DNA of 64,000 nucleotides from Octopus bimaculoides (Eukaryota). The notes beneath the pieces are model-generated. The model saw only the letters and a program-made list of their open reading frames with translations. It was not told the origin of the DNA and made no database searches. Position numbers and translations under genes: made by a program. Of the stretch, positions 48,113-61,964 are shown piece by piece. Location of the stretch: NCBI RefSeq assembly GCF_001194135.2, contig NC_068997.1:38636586-38700585 (forward strand), read 5' to 3'. Positions within the stretch are counted from its first letter, which is position 1; each line of letters begins with the position of its first letter.

Positions 48113-49724
48113 CTAATTTCAGTGAAATTGATTAGGCTGTATGGAATAAAGTTATTTTGATCTGCTTGGGATATTTCATGTTTTAGTCTGGGATCATGCT
48201 ATGTCCTGCAGAATTTAGTTCTATGATCTATAATGTGATAGTCAAGAAGTGCCCTTGAAGTTAGTTTATCTGAAAATTTTGCTGGGTATTGCAGTGAAGG
48301 CAGTTGTTAATAATCTTCAGTCAACATAAATTTTATTATTATCTCTTAGTTTCAGTGATCCCTACTGTGTTATATAAGAAGGCATTTGATTTCCAGCACC
48401 CCATCAATCCAGCAAACTGGAGATTTTGTGGGTGGATATGTGAAGTTGTGAGAATATTTTTCACTCAGTTTACCTGGAGCTTTTCGTTATAATTAGTGAA
48501 CGTGGTTATGAATTGTGTCCCTTGCATCTATATGTGTGGTCTTGCACTAACTATATTTTAAAGAAAGTTGAATGAAACTGAGGATGGAAAAGACATTTTG
48601 CAGCTATTTTGGCACGTATATTATATTAGTCATGATCATTTGTGAAACTAATAGAATCTTGGAAGGATTATCTAGCCTTAGTGGGTTAATTGTAATTTGG
48701 TGTTTGTAGCTAGATTTGTTGTTGTTAACCTAGACTCGTAGATTTAGGAATAGTTATATTTAAATATAACTGAAAGAAGCAAAGAGAAAATAAACTCAAA
48801 GGGACCACTGACATAAATTTGGTTTAAAAAAAAAGGGGATAGGGTGGAGTGAGGGGTTGCACTGAATACCGTATGTGATAAAGTCTTAATTTATTAAAAT
48901 TTCCTTAGTGGACAGGAAAAGGGAAATAAAAGCTTAATGGTGAATGTTAGCAACTTCAGATAAGAAGGGATGATTTTAAAACTATAAAAAATAAAATGTC
49001 ACTGAATTAACTATGCTAAGAGAAAAAGTCTCTGTAAAGAATAACAATGGAAATGCATTTCTGTCATTGGCATATTGTCCTTTTCACTTCTGAACAGATC
49101 AAAGTTTTTTTTTTATCTATGCAAAATGAGTTGTAAACATTCTTGACCCAGAGTAATTTGCATAGTATAAATGAAAACGAACTAAGAGAAAATAACTCAA
49201 AAGGGTCATTGGCATGAGTTTTCATGACAAAGTCAAAGGAAGGTGTACTGAATGCTCTACATAGCAAGATTCTTAATTTATTAGAATTTTCTTTGTGGAC
49301 AAAGAGCAGATAAATGGTTGCATCAGTATAGTAGAATTTGAGTGAAACCGAATCACATAATTCAACCAATGAAATCTTATGCTACTGTTTTATGTTTACA
49401 TTGGAATTTAGTCTCAGTATGGTAGTAATTGTTAAGGTGGTGAGCTGGCAGAATATCTGTTAATATCTGTTTTCCATGCTGGCATGGGTTGGGCATTTTG
49501 ACAGGATCCAACAGGTTGTACTGTCCCAGTTTCGGCATGCTTTCAATGTCTGGATGCCCTTCCTAACACCAACCATTTTATAGTGTACACTGGGTTCTTT
49601 TTTTTTGTGACATCAGTTTCACTGAGATCACCTTATAATTGGCAAGAGTAAATAGCCTCTCTCGACTAAGCAGGAGGAAAGGAAATAGAGCGGTTGTTTA
49701 AGTGAGGTGTTCAAAAGGTTAAAG

Positions 49725-50040
49725 CAGTGGTTCTCAATTGAGGTCCATATAAGATATTTTGGTGGCGGTTCACGTAACAAAATAGCAAATTGGGAATCCA
49801 CAGTAGTATTTTAAGGACCTCTGAAAGAATTTTGTTCGATGTATGTATTGGTGTGTCTTGTAAGAAACAACTAGGTTTCTTTCTCCAATATTTTACACAG
49901 TTCAATGTATACAAGTTAATATGTGAATAACAAAATAGGAATTTGGAAAGAAGTATCTATAAAACTAGTTTTTAAACATGAAACGGCTAATGGGTCTACC
50001 AGAATAAAATGGTAATCAAAGGGGTGAAATGGTTAAAAGT
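49725..50040 (+). mobile_element. hAT-like MITE
   Basis: CAGTGGTTCTCAA start; 3' part resembles 33640-33685. Confidence 0.55.
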
Positions 50041-51018
50041 ATGATGGGAAGAGTAGGAACAGGTTTACTGTTGTGGAGACTCCTGGCTACCTCACATTTT
50101 GCATGGATAGATAGAAGAGACAAGTGGTACCCAGATGTGAGTAAATATGGTGGTTATGAAGTACCAGAATGGTAACATGTCCAGGAAGGTGGATAGAAGG
50201 GAGCTTGAACAGAGAAGAATCAGGTAGTGTGGGAGAAGAGTGAGAGCTAGAATAAACATGAGGGTGGAGGTGGTTGGATGTATACTGGGGATAAATGAAG
50301 TGAACGGTGAAAAGGAGTGGTGTGGTAAATATGAGATGGAGACAGAAAGAAGGATGAATGCTGATTGGGAGTGACAGGAATGAGAGTGGTAATTGCCAGT
50401 ATAGAAATAATGGCAATATGGTATGGTATATAGTAATAGGTTCTGAATTTTGTCCAACAAGAAAGAGCATTTTGATTGCATAAGTGATGAGAGATCTTCA
50501 GAATGCCATTCAAAATATCACTGCAACATGGTCAAACAATACAACACTAACACATAAACCCTGGTTTTATTGAAAATGCCTAATTGTAAATAATTGATAT
50601 TTAATCACCTTGTGACAAAATTTCAAGTCTGCACAAGTTGAGAATGATTAATTCAAAATGTGTATAAATAAGCATGACATTCGACAGAGTGATCTAAATG
50701 GTAAAGAGTTATTGCCCTTCGATTTCGGGTTTTTGTTCTACTTCTGCAATTTTTCTAATTCTATTACAAATCACCTGTAAGAAGAAAACCATCAACATAA
50801 AGGAATTTGATAGTTGGTCTTATTTATACTCTTCTGTTTTGGTATGGAGGACTATAATGAATTGCAGGAGACTGAGAACCAAGCCCTGGTGAACTATCTG
50901 CTCACTTAATTTGTTGCTGTATCCCATGGTTAACTCTCATCTTAATGACAGCATCCCTGTACATGGCTTTAATGGCTGTCACTGGCCATTCGTTTACACC
51001 TAGCTTCTGCAGTGACCA

Positions 51019-51231
51019 TTAGATTAGGAAGCAAGGGGCCCTGTCAGAGCCTTTCTCCAGGTTTATTAAAGCCACGTACAGTGGCTTATTTTTTGCGAAA
51101 CATTTCTGCAGTTGTCTCACTAGGAGGAGAGCATCAGTAGTGCTTTTCTCTGGCACAAAACTGAACTGCATCCTATCTAGTCTCAACCTTTTCCTAAGTA
51201 GTTTTGCTATAATTCTTTTTGTAACTTTCAA
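51019..51231 (-). mobile_element. RTE LINE reverse transcriptase fragment
   Basis: MQFSFVPEKSTTDALLLVRQLQ...KNKPLYVALINLEKGSD corresponds to QFGFxPGRSTTDAIFxxRQLQEK...DLEKAFD. Confidence 0.8.
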
Positions 51232-53512
51232 GATTTGGTCTAGTTATTTGCTACCTCTGTAGTTACTCACCTCTAAAGCATCTCCTTCACTCTTATAGCA
51301 TTTTACTATAATGTTGCTATGCCAATCATTAGGTATATCTTACTGTACAACCTTGTGGGACTAGGCCATATCCCATCCCACTCCACCAGATATTTTAAAC
51401 ATGTTGGTAGTAATTCCTAAAAGATCAGACCCTTTCCCTGTTTTCATATCCTTTATTGCTTTATCTGTCATACTGCTGCCAAATAGAATGGCTAGTCCCT
51501 CTGTTAGAAGGTTTGCTTTCTCCCATGCATTTTCCATGTTTACTTGCCTTTCATAGTAGCACTTCTATGTCTCTTTCTTTTCAAAGTCACTAAATGCAAG
51601 TTATCCATCTTTACACACTTCTCTCTGATACACTGTCTTGCAATCTGGAACACCTCATGATTCTCTTCTTCACTCTGTGGAATTGTGGCAAACCTCTTCC
51701 TTTGCTAAATATATATGTCATCTAGCATCTCTTTTAGCAGTGTGGTACAATTCACTGTTACTCCCATTCTTCCAATCCTGTCACTTAGCTTTTATGGCTG
51801 TCTGCTTCATAGTTCCACTACCATGTCACCCTCAGTCTAGATGGAACTGTACATCAATCACAGATTTGGTCTGTAGTTCTCAGTAGTTGTTCTTGTAGTC
51901 CTATGTGTTATACATCTCTTTCTCCTCTTCCTTCTTATCTAAGGGTTAGGGATTTTAACAGACTGGCTTTTGTGTGTGCGAGGCCTGCTACCTCTAAGTT
52001 TGGAGTTACTAATGACTAACCTATGCTGACTGGTGCATTCCTCACCTGGGAATTACTTTGCATTTACACACATCTGTCCCACTTTTAATGAAGATTTAGT
52101 CAGGCTGTCTTGTGTGCCAACCAGATTGATAGGTGTTCTCGTGACTGATTGGTTTCCTGAAGTTAGTGTTGCAGATCATTAGGTCATTTGCAAGATCCTT
52201 GTTCCCTCCTCATTTCAGAAACCATATCTATGGCCTCCATGCATACTATGGAATTCTGCAGGATACTCCCCAACGTGTCTGTTGAAGTCACTAACCATGC
52301 AGATAAAGATATTGTTCATCATTGAGGTAATCAAAAAAGGGTATCATAAAGATAATCCTTTCGTTCATCCAACAGTCCCAATAGAGTAGCATAGGCAGAA
52401 ATAATAGTGCAGTTTACCAAGACTAGTCTAAGACTCCTATTACACACTCTGACTATCTCATTCACTTTGTTCATTCATTTCTCTGCTACAAGTATGCCCA
52501 CACCCCAACACTTAAACTATTGCCTTTCCAGAAGATTTTATACCCATGTTCTTAGCCAGTGAGGAGTCTGGCTGAAGCTTCTCTCCATCTTACCTCTAGC
52601 ATAATAGCACACATCTTTGTCTCCATTCTAGTATTTCCTCAATCTCATCAGGCCTACATTGATTGTGGCTGTCCTGTGGATGTGTACAGAATGGGAAGAG
52701 TGAGTAGGGAGCTGAGGACCATCATGATCACCATCATCATCTAATGTCCGTTTTCCATGTTGGCATGGGTTGGATGGCTTGACAGAGAGAGAAAATGGAT
52801 TGCAAATGCTCATGTCCATGCTTATTATGAAAATGTTTATAGAGTCTAAAGGAAAAGCAGTACAGCTGGCCACAATAGGAATTATGAATGAATGAGAAAA
52901 CGGATGGATGGATTGCAGGGCCTTGAGTGACTATTACATTACATATTTAAGAGAGAGAAACAGAGTGGTCAGTACAGTAACTTTGTTGGTATTTGTGTGT
53001 TCTAATTGGCAAACAGATCCAAGGACCACATGTGGGTAGCATGCTAAGAGAATACAGAGGAAGTAAGATAGGGATGGGAAAATAGAGATGGGTATCACTA
53101 GGTCTCTGAGAGGTTAATAGCAAATCAAAGAAACTTAGAAGTGAAAAATAATGGTTGAGAATTTTTACTTATGATAATACAACACACACACACACACACA
53201 CATTGGTATGCATACACCCTCCCCATACATGCTTATACTAACCCAAATACCAGCCACTGCTTGGAATAAAAACTCTGGGATTAAGTGTTGTGAATCAACA
53301 GTTGTATAGTGAGGAAACTGTTTTCTATCCTGAAGAAACTATGAACTACCCCAATGAGTTTTGGTCTCAAGATCATCTTTAACTTATATATATATATATA
53401 TATATATATTTCAAAAATTGTTTTGGATTTCCCCTTATTTGATAGGGAGGATGCAACCAGCCAAAACATTTTGTTTTTGAGTAGTTCTGGAAATTTTTTT
53501 CAGAATTCTGTT

Positions 53513-53697
53513 TTAACCTTTAGTATTCAGAATACTCTGTCAAGTGTAATGCTTATTTATCCACATTGTTTTGAATTAACCATGCATTGTAGCTTTGAGA
53601 TTTCAATGATGTGATTGTATGTTTTTAGAATGACATTGTAAGATAGTTGTGAGAGGCTGGATCTGGTTGGTTTGAACATAGAATATGTAGAATATTT
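53513..53697 (+). mobile_element. piggyBac-like MITE, ends in a gap
   Basis: TTAA-CCTTTAGTATTCAGA start; family body. Confidence 0.7.
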
Positions 53698-54921
53698 NNN
53701 NNNNNNNNNNNNNNNNNNNNNNNNNNNNNNNNNNNNNNNNNNNNNNNNNNNNNNNNNNNNNNNNNNNNNNNNNNNNNNNNNNNNNNNNNNNNNNNNNNNN
53801 NNNTTTAGATTAGTATTTTAGGGTAAGGTTAAGTTTTAGAATTTAGGGTTGGTATGTGGGTTTAGAGTTAAATAGAAAAATGAGATTCAAAACATTCTGC
53901 TTGTAAATATTTTCTTTCCTTTTTTTTTTCACCAAACTGTAATCCATTGTTTAAACAGAAATCCAAAGAAGCTTTCTGAAAGACAAAATAAAGTTGTGTG
54001 GGTTACTTAGTCTCATACTTTGCCTAATGTTTGCCTGGAAACTTCCTGGTAATTCGAGTAAATTACATTGTGATATTAATGTCAATTTCCTGTGTTGTCA
54101 GCCTAGGCAAAGCTGGGTGAAGTGGTACTACCCTTAGCCTACCCGTACACATCATTTCTCTTCTCCTCTGTCAAAGGTATCATTTTTACCCTATTGCTGG
54201 TATCCTCGAAACCCACCTGCAACTCATGTATCCCCTTCTCAACCCTTACTCAACTTTTACAGATGTTGCTCACCACTCTCTCCCACTTTCCCTATCTCTT
54301 CTCATACACACTCTTGCAAACCTCCATTATCCCCACCCACCACTATCCCCACTACCTGAAGTGCCACTTGGACACCTCATCACCATTGTATGTCTCCTTG
54401 GCGATATGCCTAATTCATTCTCACTTTCCTAAATGTGAGTAGCCATGAAGCTCCCCTACAAAGAGAACCGGCTTTATCCCCTCAGCCTCTTTTGTTGACT
54501 TGTGAGCCATTCGCTGATCTCATAAGTGCCAGCCCAAAAAATGCACTGACACACTGTAAAATGGTTGGCATTAAAAAGGACATTCAGTCATAGAAACCAT
54601 GTCAAGTAGACACTGGAACATGATGCAGTCCTTTGACTTGTCTAACTGTCCAACCCATGCAAGCATTGAACATGGACAGTAAATGATGATGATTATATAT
54701 GTATATATATATATAAGANNNNNNNNNNNNNNNNNNNNNNNNNNNNNNNNNNNNNNNNNNNNNNNNNNNNNNNNNNNNNNNNNNNNNNNNNNNNNNNNNN
54801 NNNNNNNNNNNNNNNNNNNNNNNNNNNNNNNNNNNNNNNATATAAAATTATTATTTCTAAATCTCTGAGCGAGAGCCATTCAGTAATAGTACTCTAGAGT
54901 CAAAATAATTTGCCAACATAA

Positions 54922-55048
54922 TGTGGCAGTCCTGGTTAGGACGGATGTTACTCTCTTGTTTGAAAATATAAGGACACAGATAGTGTATCATGAACGATGT
55001 TTCCGGGGCTAAATGACAGTAACAATCATCCTAACCCGGACTGCCACA
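54922..55048. repeat. 127-bp MITE-like inverted repeat with about 31-bp arms
   Basis: tgtggcagtcctggttaggacggatgttact versus agtaacaatcatcctaacccggactgccaca. Confidence 0.7.
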
Positions 55049-56317
55049 ATAGATCCACTTATTTCGGTTAGTGACTTATTCACAAATATTCCATGAATGA
55101 CGATGCCTTTCATATCACTTCAGCCAGTTGACAGGCACTGCATGAAGAACTTTTCAGACTTATTTGAATTGTCATTATCTCATATCTGATTAGCCTGTTA
55201 TTACATAACATGCCTCACGATTTTGGTATACATACCTTATTGGTATTTGCTCTTAAGTTCTGTACTCTGGGAACACATTGAAACCCTTTTCAGGGCTACT
55301 TTATTTGAATTGTTACTATCGGGTGACTAAGTTGCATATTATTATGTAACTGACTTCACGATTTTGGTATTCATAACTTATTGGGATTTCCTCAAAACAA
55401 GATTCAATGTAAGATGGTTTGGTGAATTTTTAAAAATATTTAAATGTAACTTCTTCTGTACTTGGAGAATATCCCAAAAGAAACATTTGATATCTCATTT
55501 GTGAAATTTGGATGAATATTTTGGGAAATATGACTATTTGAATGGTCAGTGAATTGGTTGAAATCTTGCCTTATTAGGCCTAAATGAATAATTAGTTATA
55601 TTTGTGATGTCATATCTTTGAAACTGAGGTGATGGTCATCTTGAGATTATGCAAATTAATAGCATCCATGAAATAGTAGTTGCCTATCTTGAAAATGAAA
55701 CTTTTTTTTGTGAATCTTTAAATATTTATGTGAAGCGTATTTTGTTACATGTAACTAACAGATGATTTTGTGAAATTTTCAGACCTAGTTAACTCTAAAA
55801 GTACAAACCACAGGGACTTGAGTTTTGGCACATTTGTTGTAGGTATAGAACTAAATAAATCGTGAGATTTTGGGACATGATCCCATTTCAATAAAATTTT
55901 AAAGACAATAAACAATTAAATGGCGGAGCTTGGGATCACACATCTACACATGACCTTGCTTGGTGTGTGTGTGTTTGGGGGGGGGGGGTTAAACAGTTTT
56001 TTTTTTGGCTTAAATCCTAGCCATGGACTAAACAAAATCTGTGTTACTTCTGCATCATCATTCTATAAAACGTGTTTATGGGGAAAAAATAATGAAAAAC
56101 ATCAATACATGTCACAGTGACAAAGAAAAAAGAAAATCATAAATTTAAAAAAAAATTTTTAAAACGATTTCCCCTTTCATCATTTTCAAGGGTGTGGTGG
56201 AAAAAGAAATTGGAAAAATCCCTGTCAAAACAGAAAATCCAACTTATGTGGGCATCCTTATCCAAGCCTCTGCCAATTAAATCAGAATGATTAAAGTCTG
56301 TTGCATGCTTTTCATTC

Positions 56318-56830
56318 ATTTTCAGGCATGGCTATATTGTCACCTCTAAGGAAACAAATAGTAAGTGGTGTTCCACAGGACACTGTCTTAGGGTCACTGC
56401 TATTCATAGTGGCTCTCTCAGAGATGCTCTCTGTTGCTCTGATAACCACCCTTGCTAACTATGCAGACAATACAAAAGTCACTCAGAGGATACAGAACCC
56501 TGGAGAGGCTACACACATGCAACAAGAGTTAGACACAGTATACAGGTGGGATGACGATAATAACATGCAGTTTAATGCTGGAAAATTCCAAGCCCTATGT
56601 TACCAGGACATGAAGCCAAATGAAATGCAGATATGATACATTGGCCCAGGAAGGATTGCAGTCCCTGAATCAAAATCAGCGTGTGGCCTGGTCATTGACA
56701 TGAGTAATAATGCATTTTTCCAGGTACACATTACTAAGTTGGCAATAAAATGCAGTGGTTGGCTAGATGGATACGTAGAACTTTCAGAACAAGAGAACAA
56801 GAATTCCAACATCCTAAGTTTCATCAAAAC
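56318..56830 (+). mobile_element. CR1/L2-type LINE RT fragment
   Basis: SGVPQDTVLGSLLFI...YADNTK...WxxxNNMQFNAGKFQAL. Confidence 0.85.
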
Positions 56831-57339
56831 GAAATGGATTTCCTCCTGTTAACAGTTCTGGATGAACCTGCATCATGACAGGAAATGCAAATGAGGACAG
56901 CACCATCAAAATTCCTCATTCACCAAATGCTACATATCAGAGAAGGATTGAAGTAATGAAAGTCTAGCAGGACTAATGGTGGTGCTCCAGCATGGCTAAG
57001 GACGCTGAACATGCAGACAGACAATGGTCGAAGCAGAGAAATGGTGATAAGTCCTAGATGACCGGGTCACGTGGATAGTTAGAGGTAGAGGGATAGAAGA
57101 AAGCTATTAAATGGGTGAGAGGAAGAAGAACGAAGTAAGAGTGAAAAGGTAGATAGAAGGAAAGAATAGTCTTAAAGCAAGTTAATCTATGACTTTGTAT
57201 GTATCACTTTCTCTCTCTCTCCCTCTTTTACTTTTACTCTGTATATTATATGTTGAGCGCGTGATCGATGTGTTAGAACACCAGTACAGATAGAATGGAA
57301 GAAATATAAAAGTTGCTAGAAACAACAGCCAAATCTCCC

Positions 57340-57513
57340 TTAAATCACACAAAGTAAACGGAATTAAAAAAATCTAATTACTGCACTGGAAAGTTCACAT
57401 CGAGAAAATTCCATTGATGTAAAAATTTTTAAGAAAAAGTGGAAAATGTGGATTTCTATAAACTTTTAAAAAGGCTTCACACAGACACACAACTTCAGCT
57501 TTATATATTAAGA
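57340..57513 (-). mobile_element. Helitron-like 5' end fragment
   Basis: Minus strand reads A|TCTTAATATATAAAGCTGAAGTTGTGTGTC; no 3' hairpin/CTAG found. Confidence 0.45.
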
Positions 57514-57514
57514 T

Positions 57515-57680
57515 TAGCCAGATCTGGCCTCTCACAGCTTCCTAACAATGTCATTCAAAACAAACAATCACACTATTGAAATCTCAAAGCTACATGATAA
57601 TGCAAGATTTATTCAAATCAGTGTGAAAAAAAGAACAGCTTTACATTTGACAGAGTGGTCTGGATTTTAAAGGGTTTTAA
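57515..57680 (-). mobile_element. piggyBac-like MITE (minus strand, partial)
   Basis: Reverse complement of the family body ending in AAAGGG. Confidence 0.65.
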
Positions 57681-57939
57681 CCCTTTAAAATTCAGATAAG
57701 GATTTAGTGCAACAATTTGACCTTAGTACTTTTTATTTCTTGTGTTTTTTTTTAAAGCCTAGTACTTAATCTATTGGTCTCTTTTACTGAACTGCTAAAT
57801 TATGGGGATGAAAAATAAACCAACACCAGTTATCAAGTGGTGGTGGGGAAAAAACACACTAGGACACACATGCAAATACATATGAACTCACCCCACATAT
57901 ATGTGTGTGTACATATATGTATATTATATATGTTCTTCT

Positions 57940-58680
57940 GCTGGGTGGTTGGTGTTTGTAAGGGCATCCAGCTGTAAAGATCATAGCAAAACACTGAAGT
58001 TTGGTGCAAACTCCTGCCTGGCCAGCTCCTGTCAAACTGGCCAACCCATGCCAGCATGGAAGGTGGACGTTAAATGATGATGATGTACATATACATATAA
58101 AGTTTCAAGTGTTGGAACAAAACCTGGAATCAAAGGATCTTAAAGTTAACTTAACAAAGACCAAATTTCTAATTAGCAGAAAAACAGACAGGACTCTAAT
58201 CCTTTTTGGAAAATGACCCTGATCTATATGTAGACAAGGTGTAGGTAGAAATTCTATACTGTGTATTCGGTGCAAATTATGCACACAAGTGGTGCAGCAG
58301 AATCACAGGGAGGTTAACAGAGAAAGTAGAATTTGTTTGTAGTAAGAGCAATAAATAACAAGAGCACATGTGAAATAGATGTTCTGAAATGACCAGGAGG
58401 CTCATTAGAAGTTGTAGATAGTTTCTGTTATCAGCATGGTAAAGGGGACATTATTACCATTATCATCAACATTTGATGTCCATTTCCATGCTGGCATGGG
58501 TTATATGGCTTGACAGGAACTGGCTAGGCCAAGGGCTGCACCAGGTTCCATAGTCTATTTTGGCTTGATTTCTATGGCTGGATGCCCTTCTTAATGCCAA
58601 CCACTCTACAGAGTATACCGGGTACTTTTTACGTGGCACCATCACCAGTGCTTTTTACGTAGCACCAGCAGCTACACTAA
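57940..58680. mobile_element. Cluster of RTE LINE pieces: + strand 3' end, + strand RT fragment, - strand 3' end
   Basis: Tail at 58083; LKVNLTKTKFLIS...SICRQGVGRNSILC at about 58095-58430; reverse tail from 58459. Confidence 0.75.
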
Positions 58681-58792
58681 TGCTTTTTGTGTGGTTTTAG
58701 GATCTTAATTCTATTGTGGGTGGGTGGGTCTTTGAGTATAGCAATGTGCCACATACCTTGAATGATAATGATGGTGATGTACTCACACACAT

Positions 58793-58879
<87 letters not shown>

Positions 58880-59914
58880 CATACACACTTTTGGATTAGC
58901 ATAGTAAGTCCCAAAACCCACAATGAAAATGGGGTGCTCAGAGATAAAAGACTGGTCAAATGGTTCTTCACTCAGCTATGGTGTTAGTTCAGAAAGCAGT
59001 AATGAACTTAGTTACTTAACAACTACAGCCATGAATGAACCAGTGACAGTTAGAGCTTGTATGTTGTCATATGACCTGTTTACTGTAGCAGATATGATCT
59101 TTCACTGCAAACTCTAAACCTACTTTAAACTGGAGAGAAAGTTTGAATTCAGAGGATAGTTCATCCTACAATAAAGATAGCATGACCAAGGTTAAGATTG
59201 TGTAGTTGTTTATTTAAGAATTGTTTTACATTAAATTTTTCAGTGAATATTAGAGTTAGTTATTGGAACAATTGTTTTACAATTGATGTTCTCATTATTT
59301 ATTTAAGAAATTACAATTAAGTATTATATAAAACTTATGAAATTAAAGAAAGAGTCTCTTTTTTATAAAAGAAGCTAAATACACTACAAAAGAAAACCAA
59401 GAACAGTTCAAATATTTTGAGAGCATCAAAGTTAAAATGATAAAACTGAACAGCTAAAGCAACTTTAGAAATAAACTCAATTAGATATATAATCATTCCT
59501 TTTTGTGATTAAAACATTGTTTGAATAAAAGTTTAAGTGAAAGATTACATTAAATGAAATAAAAGTTATATTGTAAAATATTGAATTATTTATCTTATAA
59601 AATTCATTGAAGAAACATTGAAATATGACTACCCATTAAGATTTGATTGATTGTTTAAAAATACTATAACATCTTTTTAAACTCCTAATATATTTGGATG
59701 GTAAGGTAATGGCGTATCCATCTGAGTATCCTAATGTGCACACATTGTGTTACCCCCTTTCCAAAGGAAGTCTTGCAAGCCTTACAAAGTGTTGTTATCG
59801 AAATATATCTGGAATTTAAAGGCTGATAAAATTAACATTTGTAAAACCAATTTGTTCATTATAGGACATTCACATTAATGTCTCTAGATGTGATCATTGC
59901 CTCACCATGAAGTA

Positions 59915-60240
59915 TACCATCCAATCTGTTTTTCATGCTGATATGGGCTAGATGGTTTAACTGGAGCTGGCACTAGTTGTCTGTTTTGGTTTGGTTTGTA
60001 TGGCTTGATGTCCTACCTAACACCAACCTCTTTACTGGCATGGGTACCTTTAACATGTCACTGGCATTGGCCATGACCACGATTTCACTTAGCTTGACAT
60101 GTCTTCTCAAACACAGCAAATCTCCAGATGTATCAGTCACTTGTCTTCACCTCCATGAAACTCTACAACTGAAGATTGTATTTCACCACTTTGTCCCATG
60201 TCTTTCTGGGTCTACCTCTTCCACTGATTCCCTCCAGCCT
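59915..60240 (-). mobile_element. RTE-type LINE 3' end (old copy)
   Basis: Family 3' UTR and RT stop region. Confidence 0.7.
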
Positions 60241-60415
60241 GGGGCTCTGATAAATGATACTTGCTGAAGTTATGCAGTAGGACTGAATCCAAAATCATGT
60301 GTTTGGAAAGCGAATTTCTTAACCATGTGCATATAAATGCAGTTACATATTTGGTGTATGTAAGCATATATGTAGTTAATGCATTTATATATGTGTATAT
60401 ATGTATGAGTATGTA

Positions 60416-61653
60416 TTAGGTCATCCCATAAATAATGCAGTTTTTTAATACTTCTTTTATTTTTCAAAATTAAGATAGTTCTTTTTTAATCTAAAATATA
60501 CTCTCCTTCATTTTCTACAATTCTCTTCCATCTATCTGTAAGGTCCCTCTTCCAAAATTCACTTGTCTGGGATGAAAAATACTCCTCCAGTACTGTTATG
60601 ACCTTGTCTACAGAATTCATATTTTTTCCATCCAAATGATTTTGAAGACTGCAGAATAAATGATAATCAGATGGGGCAATGTCCAGCGAATATGGTGGGT
60701 GGGGCATCGTTTCCCATTCAAACTGCTTCAGTCTTTGGAATGTCATCCTCACTGTATGTAACCGTGCATTATCCTGATGGAAGAACACCTTTCATCTTGA
60801 AACCAAAGTTGGTTGTTTTTCTTCTAGCACTGACTTAAGCTGCTCACAGTAGATCTCCTTTGTTATTGTTTGGTTTGGGTTTAAAAGTTCAAAGTGGACT
60901 AAACCTTTCATATCCCACCAAACATATAACAGCATCTTACAGAGGTGAAGACCTTTTGCCTGGAGTTTCTCCTTTCCCTACTCACTGTCTTCAGTGCTTG
61001 ACATTTTTACAGAGAACCCATTTCTCGTCACCAGTCACTATTCAGTTCAAGAAGGTTCATTTGTGCGATGTGACAGCAAAGAACAACACATGTTCACTCT
61101 CTGCATGCGATTAGACTTGGAAAGTTTGTGAGGAACCCATTGACCCAATCTACTGACTTTTCTGATGATATGCAGGTGTTGATGAATGGCTGCTATTTTC
61201 TCTCTGCTATTTTCTCAACAGTTGCGATGGGATTTTGTTCCAGGGTTTGCAGGACGTCCTTGTCAAGCTCTACAGATCTTCCTGGAGGAGACTTGTCTTC
61301 TAGGTTTTAGTTTCCGGCTTGGAATTTCTGGAACTACTGTTGACACTGGCTTATGCTTATTGTTTGATCCTCATATACTGCATTAATATTCCTCACACTT
61401 TCTGTTGCATTGTTGCCTTTATTGAACTCATAAAGCAAAATATACTGAATAAGCTTCTTTGTCACTTCCATTATGGCTTTGAAAAAATAAACTGTTAAAA
61501 TCGAACTGCACTCTTCAAAATTTGCACTAAGAATAAGTACAAGGTAAAATTACTACCTGCTTTTAAAGTAAGTCGATGCAGGTAATTTATCCCATCCCCC
61601 TCCGACTTTTAGTATGCAATTGAAAAAGCTGCATTATTTATGGGATGACCCAG
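60416..61653 (-). mobile_element. Mariner (DD34D) transposon, full-length but degenerate
   Basis: TIRs (T/C)T(A/G)GGTCATCCCATAAATAATGCAG with TA on both sides; HQDNA...34 aa...YSLDIAPSD in ORF 60486-60788. Confidence 0.92.
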
Positions 61654-61692
61654 TATTTGTGTTTGTTTGTATATCTATATATGTGTGTGTAT

Positions 61693-61850
61693 ATCATCAT
61701 CGTTTAACGTCCGCTTTCCATGCTAGCATGGGTTGGACGATTTGACTGAGGACTGGTGCAACCGGATGGCTACACCAGGCTCCAATCTAATTTGGCAGAG
61801 TTTCTACAGCTGGATGCCCTTCCTAGCGCCAACCACTCAGAGAGTGTAGA
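61693..61850 (-). mobile_element. Young RTE-type LINE 3' end
   Basis: About 5 mismatches in about 155 nt against 62459-62614. Confidence 0.88.
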
Positions 61851-61964
61851 CCACTCATATGCATATAATTAAAAAGTAATGTAATAATACATTATATTTT
61901 ATTATAAACAATTAATATATTATGTTATAAACAATAATTATTTATGAATATATCAACGGCCAAA

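Noticed and set aside
11047-49210. CRISPR-like or other regularly spaced repeat arrays (direct repeats at 11047/11338, 14640/14690, 48780/49185)
   Set aside because: Only pairs of repeats, no regular array, eukaryotic context and no cas genes.
50087-50513. Three overlapping 88-129-aa minus-strand ORFs (also 33277 and 54122)
   Set aside because: Low-complexity purine/pyrimidine-skewed DNA lacking stops by composition; at most very old LINE debris.
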